Source: Negaprion brevirostris
Lineage: Eukaryota
Length of the DNA: 61,974 nucleotides
NCBI GenBank assembly: GCA_030324005.1
Contig: JARDVH010000193.1
Coordinates: 70,981,974-71,043,947, forward strand
Direction: 5' to 3'
Positions 12,830-25,108 of the stretch are shown here, in pieces (within the stretch, counting starts at the first letter, position 1; every line of letters starts with the position of its first letter). The notes beneath the pieces were generated by a model that was not told the DNA's origin, made no database searches, and was given only the letters and a program-made list of their open reading frames with translations. A program made the position numbers and the translations under genes.

Positions 12830-13345
12830 GAACTGAATGACCCTAACAGGATCTAAACAGAGTGTCAGTGAGCAGGTTATTGCTGTGTAAGTGTTACTTG
12901 ACAGCACCGTACACCTCATTGCTGATTACTGAGAGTAGACTGATAGTTTGGATTTGTCCTGTTTTTTGTCTGGGCAGGACTTGGGCAATTTCCCACATTG
13001 CTGGGTAGATGCCGGTGTTGTAGTTGTACTGGAACAGCTTGGATAGGGATGTAGCAAGTTCTGCAGCAGATGTTTTCATTATTACAGCTGAGATATCGAC
13101 AGGATCCACAGCCTTTGCAATGTCCATGATGCCCAGCATTTCTTGATATCACATACAATGAACTGAATTTGTTGAAGATTTACATTTGTGATGCTGGGGA
13201 TCCCAGGAGGAGGCCGAGTCGGATCATCCACTTAGCACTTCCGGCTGAAGATAGTTGTGAATGCTTCAGCCATTGTTTTTGTACTCATGTGTTGAGCATC
13301 ATAGAGGATGAGATCTCCATGTAGCCTTCTTCCCTGTTTAGTTCT
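12830..13345 (-). mobile_element. LINE ORF2 fragment (region upstream of and entering RT)
   Basis: AKAVDPVDISAVIMKTSAAELATSLSKLFQYNYNTGIYPAMWEIAQV...ISLLS, cf. KAxGPDxIP...LAxPLAKLFQxS...P..WK.AxV.P...YRPISLLS. Confidence 0.85.
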
Positions 13346-13389
13346 TTACTGTGGCTACAAGAGCAGGGTTAGCGGTTGGGAATTCTATG

Positions 13390-13915
13390 GTGAGCAACTC
13401 ATCTGACTACTCAAAGTCTGTTCACCATTTACAAGGTACAAGTCGGGAGTGTGATAAAATACTGTACTGGATGAATAAGGCTCCAACAACAATCTAGAAT
13501 GAAGCAGCCACTTCATCATCACCCCATCCGCCATCTTAAACATTCCCTCTACCACTGCTGCACCGTCACCGCAGTCTGCACCAACTAGAAGATGCACTGC
13601 AGCAACTCACAGGCTCCTTTGGCAACAACTTCCAAAAGTGCAGCCTCTACCACCTAGAAGTACAAAGGCAACAGATGCATGGGAGCACCACGATCTGCAA
13701 GTTTCCCTCTGAGTCACACACCATCCTGACTAGAAACGATATTGCCGTTCCTTCACTCTCACGCCATCAAAATCCTGGAACTCCCTCCCTAACAGCACTG
13801 TGGGTGTGTGTACCTCCACCACAATTCAAGGTGGTATCTCACCACCATCTTCTCAAGGGGAGGGCAATAAATGCTGGTCTAGCCAGTGACGTTCACATCC
13901 TGTGAATGAATTAAA
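13390..13915 (+). mobile_element. LINE ORF2 C-terminus and 3' UTR (same family as 12830-13345)
   Basis: QSLFTIYKVQVGSV-like segment, then caccatcctgact.gaaa...cttctcaaggg...ggcaataaatgctggtc...tgtgaatgaat tail. Confidence 0.75.
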
Positions 13916-15044
13916 AGGAAGGACTATCGTGGTTTTCTCCGGTGATGTGAATATTTTGAAAAGATGTTTGAGGATAACCAGATGTTATCTGAACTTCAGT
14001 GAAGGGGTTGTTTTATTAAAAAAAGGATGCTTTTGGCAGAATCTGAATTGATTTCAAAGGTTGTTCCAGTTATTATCTGACATAGCTCTGATACAAAAAT
14101 CCACACCCTTGCAGCAGAGAATGTTAGGAGCAGCATTTACCATTCCTGCGCACATGGAAACTCATAATGTGTGCCTTTCACTGTAGAATGCTTGCGAGCT
14201 TATCGCAACATGCTTCTAGGAATAGACCTCAAGGTACAGGGTTTCTCCCGGGGGGGGGAGAAGGTAGGGGTTTACAACACAAACGTCTCTACCCCTTTCT
14301 GTCAGATACTGCAGACCTGCAACTGAAGTCCATGAGCATGAGATGAAATTATGAAGACGGACTAAAAAGTAAAAATATTACAAGTGTGTGTTAAATATTT
14401 ACAGATGAATAAGAACAATGCAGGTCTCCTCTGAACAAGTCACTTAAAAACAAAAATGTGGATTTTGAAAATAGTTTGTACTATTCACTACAAAAAGCAG
14501 ATGAATAGCTGATGAAGTTACTGCATGGCATTGATTAGTTCCACAGCTGGAAGACTGTGGCAGTTCAGGACAACTTAATTATACAAAGGATAAACAGTTA
14601 AGGTCACGATGTGTGCATTGACTGGGCTGATGGGTCAAGATGCTCGATGTACTTCCTATGCTGCAGCAATGAATATTGAGGGGAGAATCTATTCAAAGGT
14701 TTTCCAATGATGATAGTGAATGGTATTTTCCCTTTGGTCAGTGATTTATAAGAAAGGGAGGTCAATTTACAAATGGTACTAGAGATGTAATGGGCTTCAT
14801 TACGAGAAATTGGGGTATCGAATACATGAGCACAGGTGCCTATTGAAGTTGCAGCCATCATAATATCCAATGGAAATTAGATAAAGACTTGAAGCTGAAT
14901 ATTATGAAGGAAAGGCAGGCAACAGGATTAGAATGGATGCCATCATAGCGCTGGTACGATAGGTTGAAGGCCTCCTTCTATATTATCAATCAATGAACAA
15001 AAGTATAGGCCATAGGAGACTGCATTAATTTTGGGGAGATAGTC

Positions 15045-16335
15045 GTGTTATGGTAATATCACTGGACTAGTAATCAAGAGGCCCAGGCTAATTCTCTGGG
15101 GATACAGTTTTAAATCCCACCATGGCGGCTGATGAATTTAAATTCAATGACTGCGACATCGCAGCAAGTCAAATTCAGATGACACAAAATTCTGGTTACG
15201 TCAGAGTTGTTAAACCTTCCTCAGGGCCAAACAGCCACTCCCAGAGAGAGAACATTGGCCACGGCAAACCAAAACTCTTCCCTGGTAACTCCAGAGAGGC
15301 TAACTTGACTAAACTTGCCATGTGACCACATGAGAAGAATTTGACAATATAAGAATGCAAAATCATGGAGTGCTGGGTACGCCAGAATTTGACATTGAGA
15401 TCTCCCCAGGAAAGGACAAAATAAAACTCTGTGAGGTTGGTAAAGAAAGTTAAAATTGTTGATCGGAGGGATGGTGAGGTTGATGCAGCAGGTGGAAAGC
15501 CCTGGTGCAAAGTGAAAAGTGAACATTGCAAAGTCATGGGAGATTCCACCACTGAATTTGTCCAGCAGAACGAACACAGGGCAAACATCTTGGAACACTT
15601 TAACAAGCTGGCATTCTCACCTGCAAGGGAAAGGATGGGAAAGGCTGACCCAACATTGAAGAAGTTCTGCTAATGAGGGTCAAGGCAGTCCGAACAGAAC
15701 GCATTGCCACCTCTGGTCCATTCCTTTCACAAGGACAGACCATTGTACGGTGTGAAAAAATTGAATAAAGACTATTTTTCACATGTTTAGAGCTTGACTA
15801 TGTTTTAACTTGGCTTTTAAATCTGTCGTTTTTGATGTAGGAATATAGAGTTACATAAAGACATGTTCATGTGGGGGAATGGGCCTCCTGAGCTACCACA
15901 AACTCTATGGATAGATCTTCTGGAATTCAATTCTGGACTTCAGCAAGGCGTTTGATAAGGTCCCCCATGCAAGACTTCTTGAGAAGGTGAGAGGGCATGG
16001 GATCCAAGNNNNNNNNNNNNNNNNNNNNNNNNNNNNNNNNNNNNNNNNNNNNNNNNNNNATTGGTAGGTGTTGATGTGATCGGCGCAACTCGTGGGCCAA
16101 AGGGCCTGTTTGTGCTGTAGTGTTCTATGTTCTAATTCATTATACTCCAGATTCATTGTAGTAAGTTTGGAATATAAAGCAGGCCACAGCATTGGCAACT
16201 ATCATCCATCATTGTAAAAATCCATCTGGTTCTCCTGGGAACGAAATCTGCTTACCTGGTCAGGTCTACATGTGACTTGAAATGGATAATTAGGGATGGG
16301 CGGCAAATGCTGGCATTGCCAATGACAGCTACAAC
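15045..16335 (+). mobile_element. tRNA-derived SINE split into head (15045-15150) and tail (16195-16335) by later insertions
   Basis: Head ggtaatatcactggactagtaatc...aaatcccaccatggc; tail aaaatccatctggtt...cttacctggtc...tagggatggg...aaatgctggc. Confidence 0.5.
15930..16135 (+). mobile_element. CR1 LINE RT fragment plus 3' end, spanning a gap
   Basis: LDFSKAFDKVPHARLLEKVRGHGIQ before the N gap; gggccaaagggcctgtt...tgttctatgttcta after it. The gap probably hides more sequence than its nominal 51 N. Confidence 0.85.
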
Positions 16336-16372
16336 TCAACAAGGAATAAAAAATGAACTCTTCCTCAAATTA

Positions 16373-16800
16373 AAGATGTGCCGGTTAGGTGGATTGGCCA
16401 TACTAAATTGCCCCTTAGTGTCCCAAGTTATATAGGTTAGAGGGATTAGCAGAGTAAATTTGAGGGGTTATGGGGATAGGGCCTGGGTATCATAGGATCC
16501 CTTCATTACAGAAGGAGGCCATTTGGCCCATTGAGTTTGTACCAACCAAAATCCCACACAGGCCCTATTCCCTTAACCCCAAATATTTACCCTGCTAATA
16601 CCCCTGACCAATTTAGCATGGCCAACCAATCTAACTCACACATTTTTTGGACTGTGGGAGGAAGCCAGAGCACCTGGAGGAAACCCACGCAGACAGGGGG
16701 AGAATGTGCAAATTCCACACAGATAGTGACCCGAGGCTCGAATTGAAGCTGGGTCCCTGGCACAGTGAGACAGCAGTACTAACCACTGTGTCACCGTGCC
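16373..16800. mobile_element. Tail-to-tail pair of HE1-like SINEs (+ fragment 16373-16488, near-full - copy 16489-16800)
   Basis: ggttaggtggattggccatactaaattg... followed by its reverse-complement homologue ...caatttagcatggccaacc...aaccactgtgtcaccgtgcc. Confidence 0.8.
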
Positions 16801-18349
16801 TTTGTGTCTTTTGGAGCTGCCAAATCTCCGACACACTCATTTTGTCAGTGTGGAGATCAGCGCATGCACAGTAGCCACCCACACATCCCCCCCCTGCCCC
16901 CCCCCCCATTGCCAGCCTTCCAGTTGCTGGCCTCTGATTCTGGCCAGCCCTGCAACCACTGCCCCGCTATCCCTGATCGCTGGTCTACTGTACTGCAGTA
17001 AAAAGTCTGATAACACCAGGTTTTAGACTGTTGTCAGACTTCTTACTGTNNNNNNNNNNNNNNNNNNNNNNNNNNNNNNNNNNNNNNNNNNNNNNNNNNN
17101 NNNNNNNNNNNNNNNNNNNNNNNNNNNNNNNNNNNNNNNNNNNNNNNNNNNNNNNNNNNNNNNNNNNNNNNNNNNNNNNNNNNNNNNNNNNNNNNNNNNN
17201 NNNNNNNNNNNNNNNNNNNNNNNNNNNNNNNNNNNNNNNNNNNNNNNNNNNNNNNNNNNNNNNNNNNNNNNNNNNNNNNNNNNNNNNNNNNNNNNNNNNN
17301 NNNNNNNNNNNNNNNNNNNNNNNNNNNNNNNNNNNNNNNNNNNNNNNNNNNNNNNNNNNNNNNNNNNNNNNNNNNNNNNNNNNNNNNNNNNNNNNNNNNN
17401 NNNNNNNNNNNNNNNNNNNNNNNNNNNNNNNNNNNNNNNNNNNNNNNNNNNNNNNNNNNNNNNNNNNNNNNNNNNNNNNNNNNNNNNNNNNNNNNNNNNN
17501 NNNNNNNNNNNNNNNNNNNNNNNNNNNNNNNNNNNNNNNNNNNNNNNNNNNNNNNNNNNNNNNNNNNNNNNNNNNNNNNNNNNNNNNNNNNNNNNNNNNN
17601 NNNNNNNNNNNNNNNGCCAGGGTACTGCCTGGGCATCATCCTCACCTCCCCCCCCAATACTGTACACATCAGTGGCATCCATTTGTTAGGAACTGTTGTA
17701 AATGCCACCAATGTGACATCACCTCAGCAAGGGGTGGGGATGCCACTGATGGCATTCAAATGTAAGGTAAAGGATTTCTGAACTTTTCTTGGCAGGAACT
17801 TTTACTGGCAGGGAGCAGGAGGGAGTGGGGTGCACTATCTCAACGCAAAATCCCATCGATGTAATGCCTTTTTGGGACTTCGCTGGATTCTGTCCCCTCT
17901 GGATCTCTCACCCACTGAAAATGGGGGTGAGAAATCCCCCCTCCCCCCCTCAGTATCTCAGAGAACCCTGTAATACACCGTAGGCTCGTCTCTAATTGCA
18001 CTCCAACCAAAGTCAATTTCCAAGCAGGATAAGGCCCTACATTTTGGAAATACCTTCTTTAACCTTGGCTCCAGTGTATCAGAGGAAGCCAGATGCTGCA
18101 GTAGGAATGATGTTGAATGCTGCAATGCTCAGTGGTTAATTTCAACTCTGACGAGTGGAAACGCTACACCAAGCTGCAGTNNNNNNNNNNNNNNNNNNNN
18201 NNNNNNNNNNNNNNNNNNNNNNNNNNNNNNNNNNNNNNNNNNNNNNNNNNNNNNNNNNNNNNNNNNNNNNNNNNNNNNNNNNNNNNNNNNNNNNNNNNNN
18301 NNNNNNNNNNNNNNNNNNNNNNNNNNNNNNNNNNNNNNNNNNNNNNNNN

Positions 18350-18760
18350 CAGAGGAGATTTACCAGGATGCTGCCTGGTTTGGAGGGTAGGTCTTATGAG
18401 GAAAGGCTGAGGGAGCTGGGGCTTTTCTCTTTGGAGCGGAGGAGGATGAGACGCGACTTAATAGAGGTTTATAAGAAGATGAGAGGGATAGATAGAGTGG
18501 ACGTACAGAGACTATTTCCTCAGGTGGATGTAGCTGTTACTAGAGGGCATAACTAAAAGGTTCATGATGGGAGATATAGGAGGGATGTCCGAGGTAGATT
18601 CTTTACTCGGAGAGTGGTTGGGGCGTGGAATAGACTGCCTGCTGTGATAGTGGAGTCAGACACTTCAGGAACTTTCAAGCGGTTATTGGATAGGCACATG
18701 GAGCACACCAGAATGGTAGGGAGGGGATAGCTTGATCTTGGGTTTGGACGTAGCTTGGCA
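18350..18760 (+). mobile_element. Relatively young CR1 LINE 3' region
   Basis: [42 protein letters not shown], the canonical CR1 ORF2 C-terminus. Confidence 0.92.
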
Positions 18761-18859
18761 CTATTAAATAATGTTTTTTTAATTTTGATGATAAATACTT
18801 GAATATCAATATTTCCTTTAATTTCAGTGCATTTATTCCTCCTGTTTTAACTTAGGTTT

Positions 18860-19215
18860 GATCAATATTCATAATCCCATTGTACAGACTTGAGTACACC
18901 ATCCATTTCAGTGCAGTAGAGAGCATGCTGCCCTGTTGGATGTGCTGTGCCCAGGTGGGTGTTAAAGATCTCATTGCACTCTTCAGATGAGAGCAGGGAC
19001 ACCCTCTGTGGGGTACAGGCCACTGCTTATCTCTCAATAATTTTCTCTAATCCTGCAGAATTTTCTCACTGCTGGCTGTGGGATCTTGCTGTGCATCAGC
19101 TTGGTTTCCTTGCTCCCCTACACCACAACATTGGCCAGTCTTGAAACATTAATTCCATCAGTGGTACAACATCTTAAGGGAACCCTGAGGATGTGAAAGG
19201 TGCTATATAAATGTA
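18860..19215 (+). mobile_element. SacSINE1/DeuSINE-like element
   Basis: caggtgggtgttaaagatctcattgcact...gagcaggg...tgtgggatcttgctgtgca...ctgaggatgtgaaaggtgctatataaatg. Confidence 0.65.
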
Positions 19216-19849
19216 TTAATTCTTCATGAACCTAATGGTTCAGTGCGTTTTTTCTGAATCTCTGCTTGGGATGGGTTAGCATCTTAGCCAGAGAAAACAG
19301 ATAAGAAACAATAAAAGACAAAGGTCAAGGCAGGGTAATGACAGCTTGAAATTAAATCATTTAACAAAACACTTCTACAGTATTAATGTAATAATGAGAT
19401 TTGGATGCACAGTTTGTGGAACGGTTGTTTCTCTTGGTTTGGTGGCGTCTGTCATAGCCTCACTGGATAATGCGATGTCAGCTTGTACATATATCTTACC
19501 CTCATTCTTGCTGCTTCAAGATGTGATGTACTTGGACAATCGTTGGAATACCAGCATCTGTCTGACCTTGATCTTTTGACCTGCATTCTGGTCTTGACTT
19601 AGCTGTTAACCTGGACTCAGCCATTCAGCTAACCACAGCACAACTGAATGTACAGCTGAAAAGATGGCACACTTTTGACAATTGGTGAGCGATACAAGTG
19701 TATACAATATACCCATCTCTGCAGCCTCCTTTAGAATCAGACAGTCATAGAGGTCTACAGCACAGAAAAAGACCCTTCGGCACATCACGTCTGCCCCAGT
19801 CAAAGACAAACCACACCGCCCATTTCTCTCGTCCTGCCCTGAGCAGGTT

Positions 19850-20300
19850 TATTGCCTGTGGGAGTGGAGCGAGGACCAAGATGTCAAAAACTGCCTATGT
19901 AAAAGCAGTTTGCAGTTCTCCCAACGGCAGGTCAATTGTGGATCAATTCTGGTGGCATGAACACTATTTACATTCATTTGCAGCTCGTGAATGGTCATTA
20001 GAAAAGATGTTGGCCGAAATCTTGTCAGGACATCCAAACTCATGTCACGCCAGCAGGAAATTACACTGACCTCAAACCCGTTTGCAAAACAATGACATAC
20101 ATGAGGTAGACTTTGCTCATGACTTTAAGGTGACTTTGATGTGCGTATAACATACAGAACCTACCTGCCATACCACTGTGTGCTGCTCCTGTTGCAATGA
20201 ATGCTGGGGCAGGCCAGATTGTCCTTATGGACTGCACTGTGCTGTGGGAATCATGGAGCCTCCAGTCCAACAGCCTGACGTTTTTACAATTCTCCTCAGA
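19850..20300 (-). mobile_element. Highly decayed RTE-clade LINE RT remnant
   Basis: Mosaic-frame peptides IPTAQC...QQEQH...EFGCPDK...STIDLP...QT...VLAP resemble RTE LPESQCGF...EQH...KFGCPxKF...QTGVKQGCVLAP. Confidence 0.4.
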
Positions 20301-21096
20301 ACCAGGATGCGTGAAGGTATTTGATTATGTAAACTGCACGCTACTTCTTGAGCTCCAGATTTCAATCCTGACCTAACCCGTCGCGTGGCCCTGGATCTTA
20401 GCTTCTTGTTCCTTTCAAACCCTGCGGCAAATTCTTGTTCTCTTACAGGCCCCTCCTCTCTGTTCTTTACTTACACTGCACTGAAATGCAGGCTCCCTCC
20501 AAGTAGCCAGCATTTCGCTGACCCTGACCAAAACAAGCACAGTTCTCACTCAGCTTGTTACAAACCTCACTCAGAAGATACCACCCGTGGGGGGCTGGAG
20601 GGGGGGGATCTACCTTTGTAACATTTAACTGTAGTCGTTACTGGGGTATGGAATGTTGAAGTTCATGACTCTGGGGAAGCAACAGAGAAGCAAGAGAAAT
20701 ACTTAGAGAGAGAGAGAAACTAAATTCTACAAGAAGAAACAGACAGAAAAGAGAGAGAGGGGAAACTGTGCGAGAGGTTGCGTGCTTATAGGAGAGACAA
20801 TGCAGCACTCTCCCTGTGTTGCTGTCTGTTTGTTATCCCCACATCTTGACACCTCAGCTCCTGAAAATGGTTGACACACAACATTCAGGCCCTGTGGCAT
20901 AATTGGATCAAAACATTATTGTATTCTCTCCTCTTCCCTCCTATTTTTTTATGCCCAAAATGATAATATTTCGAGATAATGGTCTTGAATTACACAGAAC
21001 AATATGGTAGTTAACTCCTACCTGGAGACAGTGCATCAAGAGGCTCCAGGGCTTCAGAAGACCTGAATGCTAAGGGCATAACACATTCAGGTGTCA

Positions 21097-21346
21097 AGCA
21101 GCACAGTGGTTAGAACAGCGGCTGCATAGCGCCAAGGACCTGGATTTGACTCCCAGCTTGGGTCACTGTCTGTGTGGAGTCTGCATGTTCTCCCCGTGTC
21201 TGCATGGGTTTCCTTTGGGCGCTCCGGTTTCCTCCCACTGTCTGAAAACTGTGCTGGTTAGGTGCATTAGTTATGCTAAATTCTCCCTCAGTGTACCCGA
21301 ACAAGGGTCAGAGTGTGGCAACTAGGGGATTTTCACAGTAACTTCA
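21097..21346 (+). mobile_element. tRNA-derived SINE, second tail type (runs into a gap)
   Basis: gcacagtggttag...cccagcttgggtcactgtctgtgtggagt...ctaggggattttcacagtaacttca. Confidence 0.85.
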
Positions 21347-22013
21347 NNNNNNNNNNNNNNNNNNNNNNNNNNNNNNNNNNNNNNNNNNNNNNNNNNNNNN
21401 NNNNNNNNNNNNNNNNNNNNNNNNNNNNNNNNNNNNNNNNNNNNNNNNNNNNNNNNNNNNNNNNNNNNNNNNNNNNNNNNNNNNNNNNNNNNNNNNNNNN
21501 NNNNNNNNNNNNNNNNNNNNNNNNNNNNNNNNNNNNNNNNNNNNNNNNNNNNNNNNNNNNNNNNNNNNNNNNNNNNNNNNNNNNNNNNNNNNNNNNNNNN
21601 NNNNNNNNNNNNNNNNNNNNNNNNNNNNNNNNNNNNNNNNNNNNNNNNNNNNNNNNNNNNNNNNNNNNNNNNNNNNNNNNNNNNNNNNNNNNNNNNNNNN
21701 NNNNNNNNNNNNNNNNNNNNNNNNNNNNNNNNNNNNNNNNNNNNNNNNNNNNNNNNNNNNNNNNNNNNNNNNNNNNNNNNNNNNNNNNNNNNNNNNNNNN
21801 NNNNNNNNNNNNNNNNNNNNNNNNNNNNNNNNNNNNNNNNNNNNNNNNNNNNNNNNNNNNNNNNNNNNNNNNNNNNNNNNNNNNNNNNNNNNNNNNNNNN
21901 NNNNNNNNNNNNNNNNNNNNNNNNNNNNNNNNNNNNNNNNNNNNNNNNNNNNNNNNNNNNNNNNNNNNNNNNNNNNNNNNNNNNNNNNNNNNNNNNNNNN
22001 NNNNNNNNNNNNN

Positions 22014-24103
22014 TACGGATAACGCAGGCACCGCTCAACGACGGACGGGGTGGCTGTATGGGCCTTGTTGTATCAGGTCTCCGTCTCAGTCTGGGGCCTC
22101 CGCACAGGCATCATCAACCATGACCTTAGTGAGTAACCCTTGTTATCCAGTAACCATCGCGGGGGCCTGGGCTGGTCTTCAAAGAGCTCAGGGATGTCTG
22201 ACTGCCGGATCACAAAGCTGTCATGGACACTCCCTGGGTGGTGTGCATTGACCTGCATGATCGTCAGCTGATGGTCACAGACAACTTGGAAATTCAGGGA
22301 ATGGAACACCTTCTGGTTCACAAATCACTGTTACCCTACATGGGGTGCCCGTAAGGCGATGTGTGTGCCATCCACTGCACCCTGCATATTCGGAATCCCC
22401 GCAATTGAGGTGAAGCTGAGAGCCTGGGCCTCCTTCTGTGCACGGCCCACATCGAAATTAATGAACAGCCCTACCTGGGCATACAGGGCATCTGTGACCT
22501 GCCGCACACATCTATGCATGGAGGCCAGATCCCAGCTAGGTCACCACTGGGAGCTCGTGACCCAGAGGCATAGAAATTGAGGGCTACCATCACCTTCACA
22601 TCCACAGTGAACGGGGTGGCCACCACTCCCCCGAGGTGCCAGGTGTGAGAGCACCTCGCAAATGTGTCGCACATTGGTCTCGGACAGGTACAGCTGGCAA
22701 CGGCACATCTCGTCCAAGAGGGCCTCGAAGGAATTGCGGGGCCTATACCTCCTCGGCCTCGGCACTCTCTGCCTTCTGTGCAGTCTCTCAGGGGGCTGCC
22801 CTCCTGGCCCTCAGCGGCAGCCCCCTGCCCTCCTTCCTGAGGGTCTGGTGGTGGCTGCTCCTGCGGTTTCCACGCCTGCCACCTCCTGAGCCACCTCTGC
22901 CCCCTCCGTCCCTGCTGCCGCCAACATGGCCAGCTCCAGATCGAGCAAACCGAGATCCATCTGCACAGTGGTGTTTGAAAAGAGCAGAGAATGATGGATT
23001 ATGACCATTGGCTGTATAGACCCAGTACCACCCCAATTCCTCACTTGGGCCAGAACCCCGACTTGTGGGAGCTGGCAACCCCACACAATCCCTGGGTTGT
23101 GTGAGATTCCCATCATGACAAATGCTGGTACAGATTATACAGGTTGGTGTGCAGCCATGGGCAGTACACACCCTTGAGCCATTGCTACGTGTGCAACTAT
23201 AGCATCTGTTACAGGCATGTGTTGCTGGTCCCTGTCACAGGGCAGGGACAGACTGCAAATCAACACCAGACGTGTGCCCAGTGACAGCAGATCCCACGCA
23301 GTCTGTGTCTGAACCTCTGCACCCCGGCCTGGAGCAGCAGCTGCTTCATCTGGTTAGGCCTCGGTACTTAGCACACTCCTCCCCCACCCCAGAACACCAG
23401 CATTCAGTCGAATCCCTGACCACACTCCGCGGCAAGATAATGCCACTGCAAAGTGCTGTGGATGGGGAGGGTGAGCAGGAGCCCTCGAGGCTGCCTCCCA
23501 CACTGTGTGACAGTGCCGCCAAGGGCGGAGGTAAGGGGGGGTGTGAATGGGAGCCCTCAAGGCTGCTTCTCACACTGCGTGTCAGAACTGCCCAGGGTGG
23601 AGTGGGGGGGAGCAGGACTTCCTGACAGAACCTCACCCAGAGAGCTATCAGCAAATAGAAACCCCCCTCCCCCATAGATATCACTGGTTCACGAGCCAAC
23701 ATCTGAAGGCAGCCGGAGGAAGGTCACTAAGCATCCCTAGGGCCTGCTGCAACACCCCCTGCGCTCCGCTAGCAGCACTTACTGCCAGTTCAAGGCTGCC
23801 ATGCCAGGTTGTGACTTTTAAATATCTACTCTGAATCACGCCAAAGTTACATCACGCCAAGGAGATGGAAGACGCAGACACGGGGGGGAGATTGCTGTGT
23901 GGATCCCGATAATGGCATGTAAAGGTATGTCCACTCATGCTAATCCGGTTTTCAGCCAGTTCCCAAAGGCACCATTTTTCTCCAGCTGGGAGATACAAGT
24001 GGGTCGTAAAAGCTGATGGGGAAGCTGCGAAATGGCCGACATGCAAATCTCCCGGCCCAACCCGCCAGAAAAGTTACGGGTCGTGATGGGAGAATGGCGG
24101 GCC
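22014..24103 (-). mobile_element. PIF/Harbinger DNA transposon with frameshifted HARBI1-like DDE transposase (~22014-22980)
   Basis: Successive frames give PRRYRPR...CRCQLYLS, VKVMVALNFYASGS, AGIPNMQGAVDGTHIALRAP, NQKVFHSLNFQVVCDH, HPGSVHDSFV and WLLDNKGYSLRSWLMMP. GC-rich subterminal region ends in a TIR-like ggagaatggcgggcc. Confidence 0.9.
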
Positions 24104-25108
24104 ACTGTGTGAATCAGCCTCTTACCGGGCCAGGATTGGAGCTCCTCAGTTTCACTGATCACAGGCTTCCCAGTCTGTCAGTTTCCCTGAAGGATCTCCT
24201 CCCACTCTTGCGTCAGTGACCCTGATGAGTTGCCTAAAGGGCAGGAATCAAGTTCCATAGCTGGAAGATTCCAGGTCAAGAAATCTCATAACTGGCCTTT
24301 AAAGCCTCAACTGTTTCTCAGTTACTTACCTGGCAGGACCACCTGGGGATCCTGAGTCACTTTCAGTGCCATCCCTGGGAAAGCTGGAAGGAATTGAGAT
24401 TATTTTGGGATCCAGGCCCAGCAGCAATGACTTTGTCACTACACTCTCCCCAATCCTGCTTCCAACAGGTTGTGAGTTGTCAGTTTTAAAGCTATTCGCA
24501 GCAGATTTGTGACAATGAATTCATTTCACAAACTGACATCAGATAAAATGATTGACTGGTTTGTTATAAAAACCCAACCCTCTCACTAATATCAGTCACA
24601 GAAGAGAACTCTCAGTGCCTTCAGGGCAACAAACTTAGGAACAAAAATGACCATTATCTGGGATCTGCCATTTAAAAATCACAATGCATCATTCCTTCAG
24701 ATTTGAATTATTGTTAGAGATTTACAAAAATGAAACCATTTTTAAATGTTTTTTTCTCTGCCTCTTTTATCTCTCTTAATTGTATCCTTCTTTGTCGCCT
24801 TTATTTTCCTTTCTGTTTCGATGCTTTTTGTTAGCATATCTTTCTACACACTTATTTATCCTTTGGAGGACAGTGGGGAATGTGGTGGAAGGATTCCTGA
24901 GCTGATTAACAGCCCTTTGAACCGTGGTATGATCACACCTTTCATGGCTAACAAGTCCGGATGTTTGGTTTGAACCCGGAGCTTTGAGTCCAGAGGCAGG
25001 GACACTGACACTGCGCAACAAAATCTTGTCTTGTCATTAAATTCAATCTTCTATCTGACGCATTATGGTTCAGGTAATTCTGCAAACTAATTAGTTGAGG
25101 AGATGCAG

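Noticed and set aside
17023-22251. Long ORFs (219-312 aa) in the ORF track
   Set aside because: They are almost entirely N-gap translations (X).
22073-22765. Domesticated HARBI1 host gene
   Set aside because: Multiple frameshifts, a catalytic Asp-to-Asn change and a transposon-like terminus indicate a dead TE copy.
24222-24250. Hammerhead-like ctgatga-gttgcctaaagggcag-gaat
   Set aside because: GAAT instead of GAAA, poor stem II closure, and no evident stems I/III.
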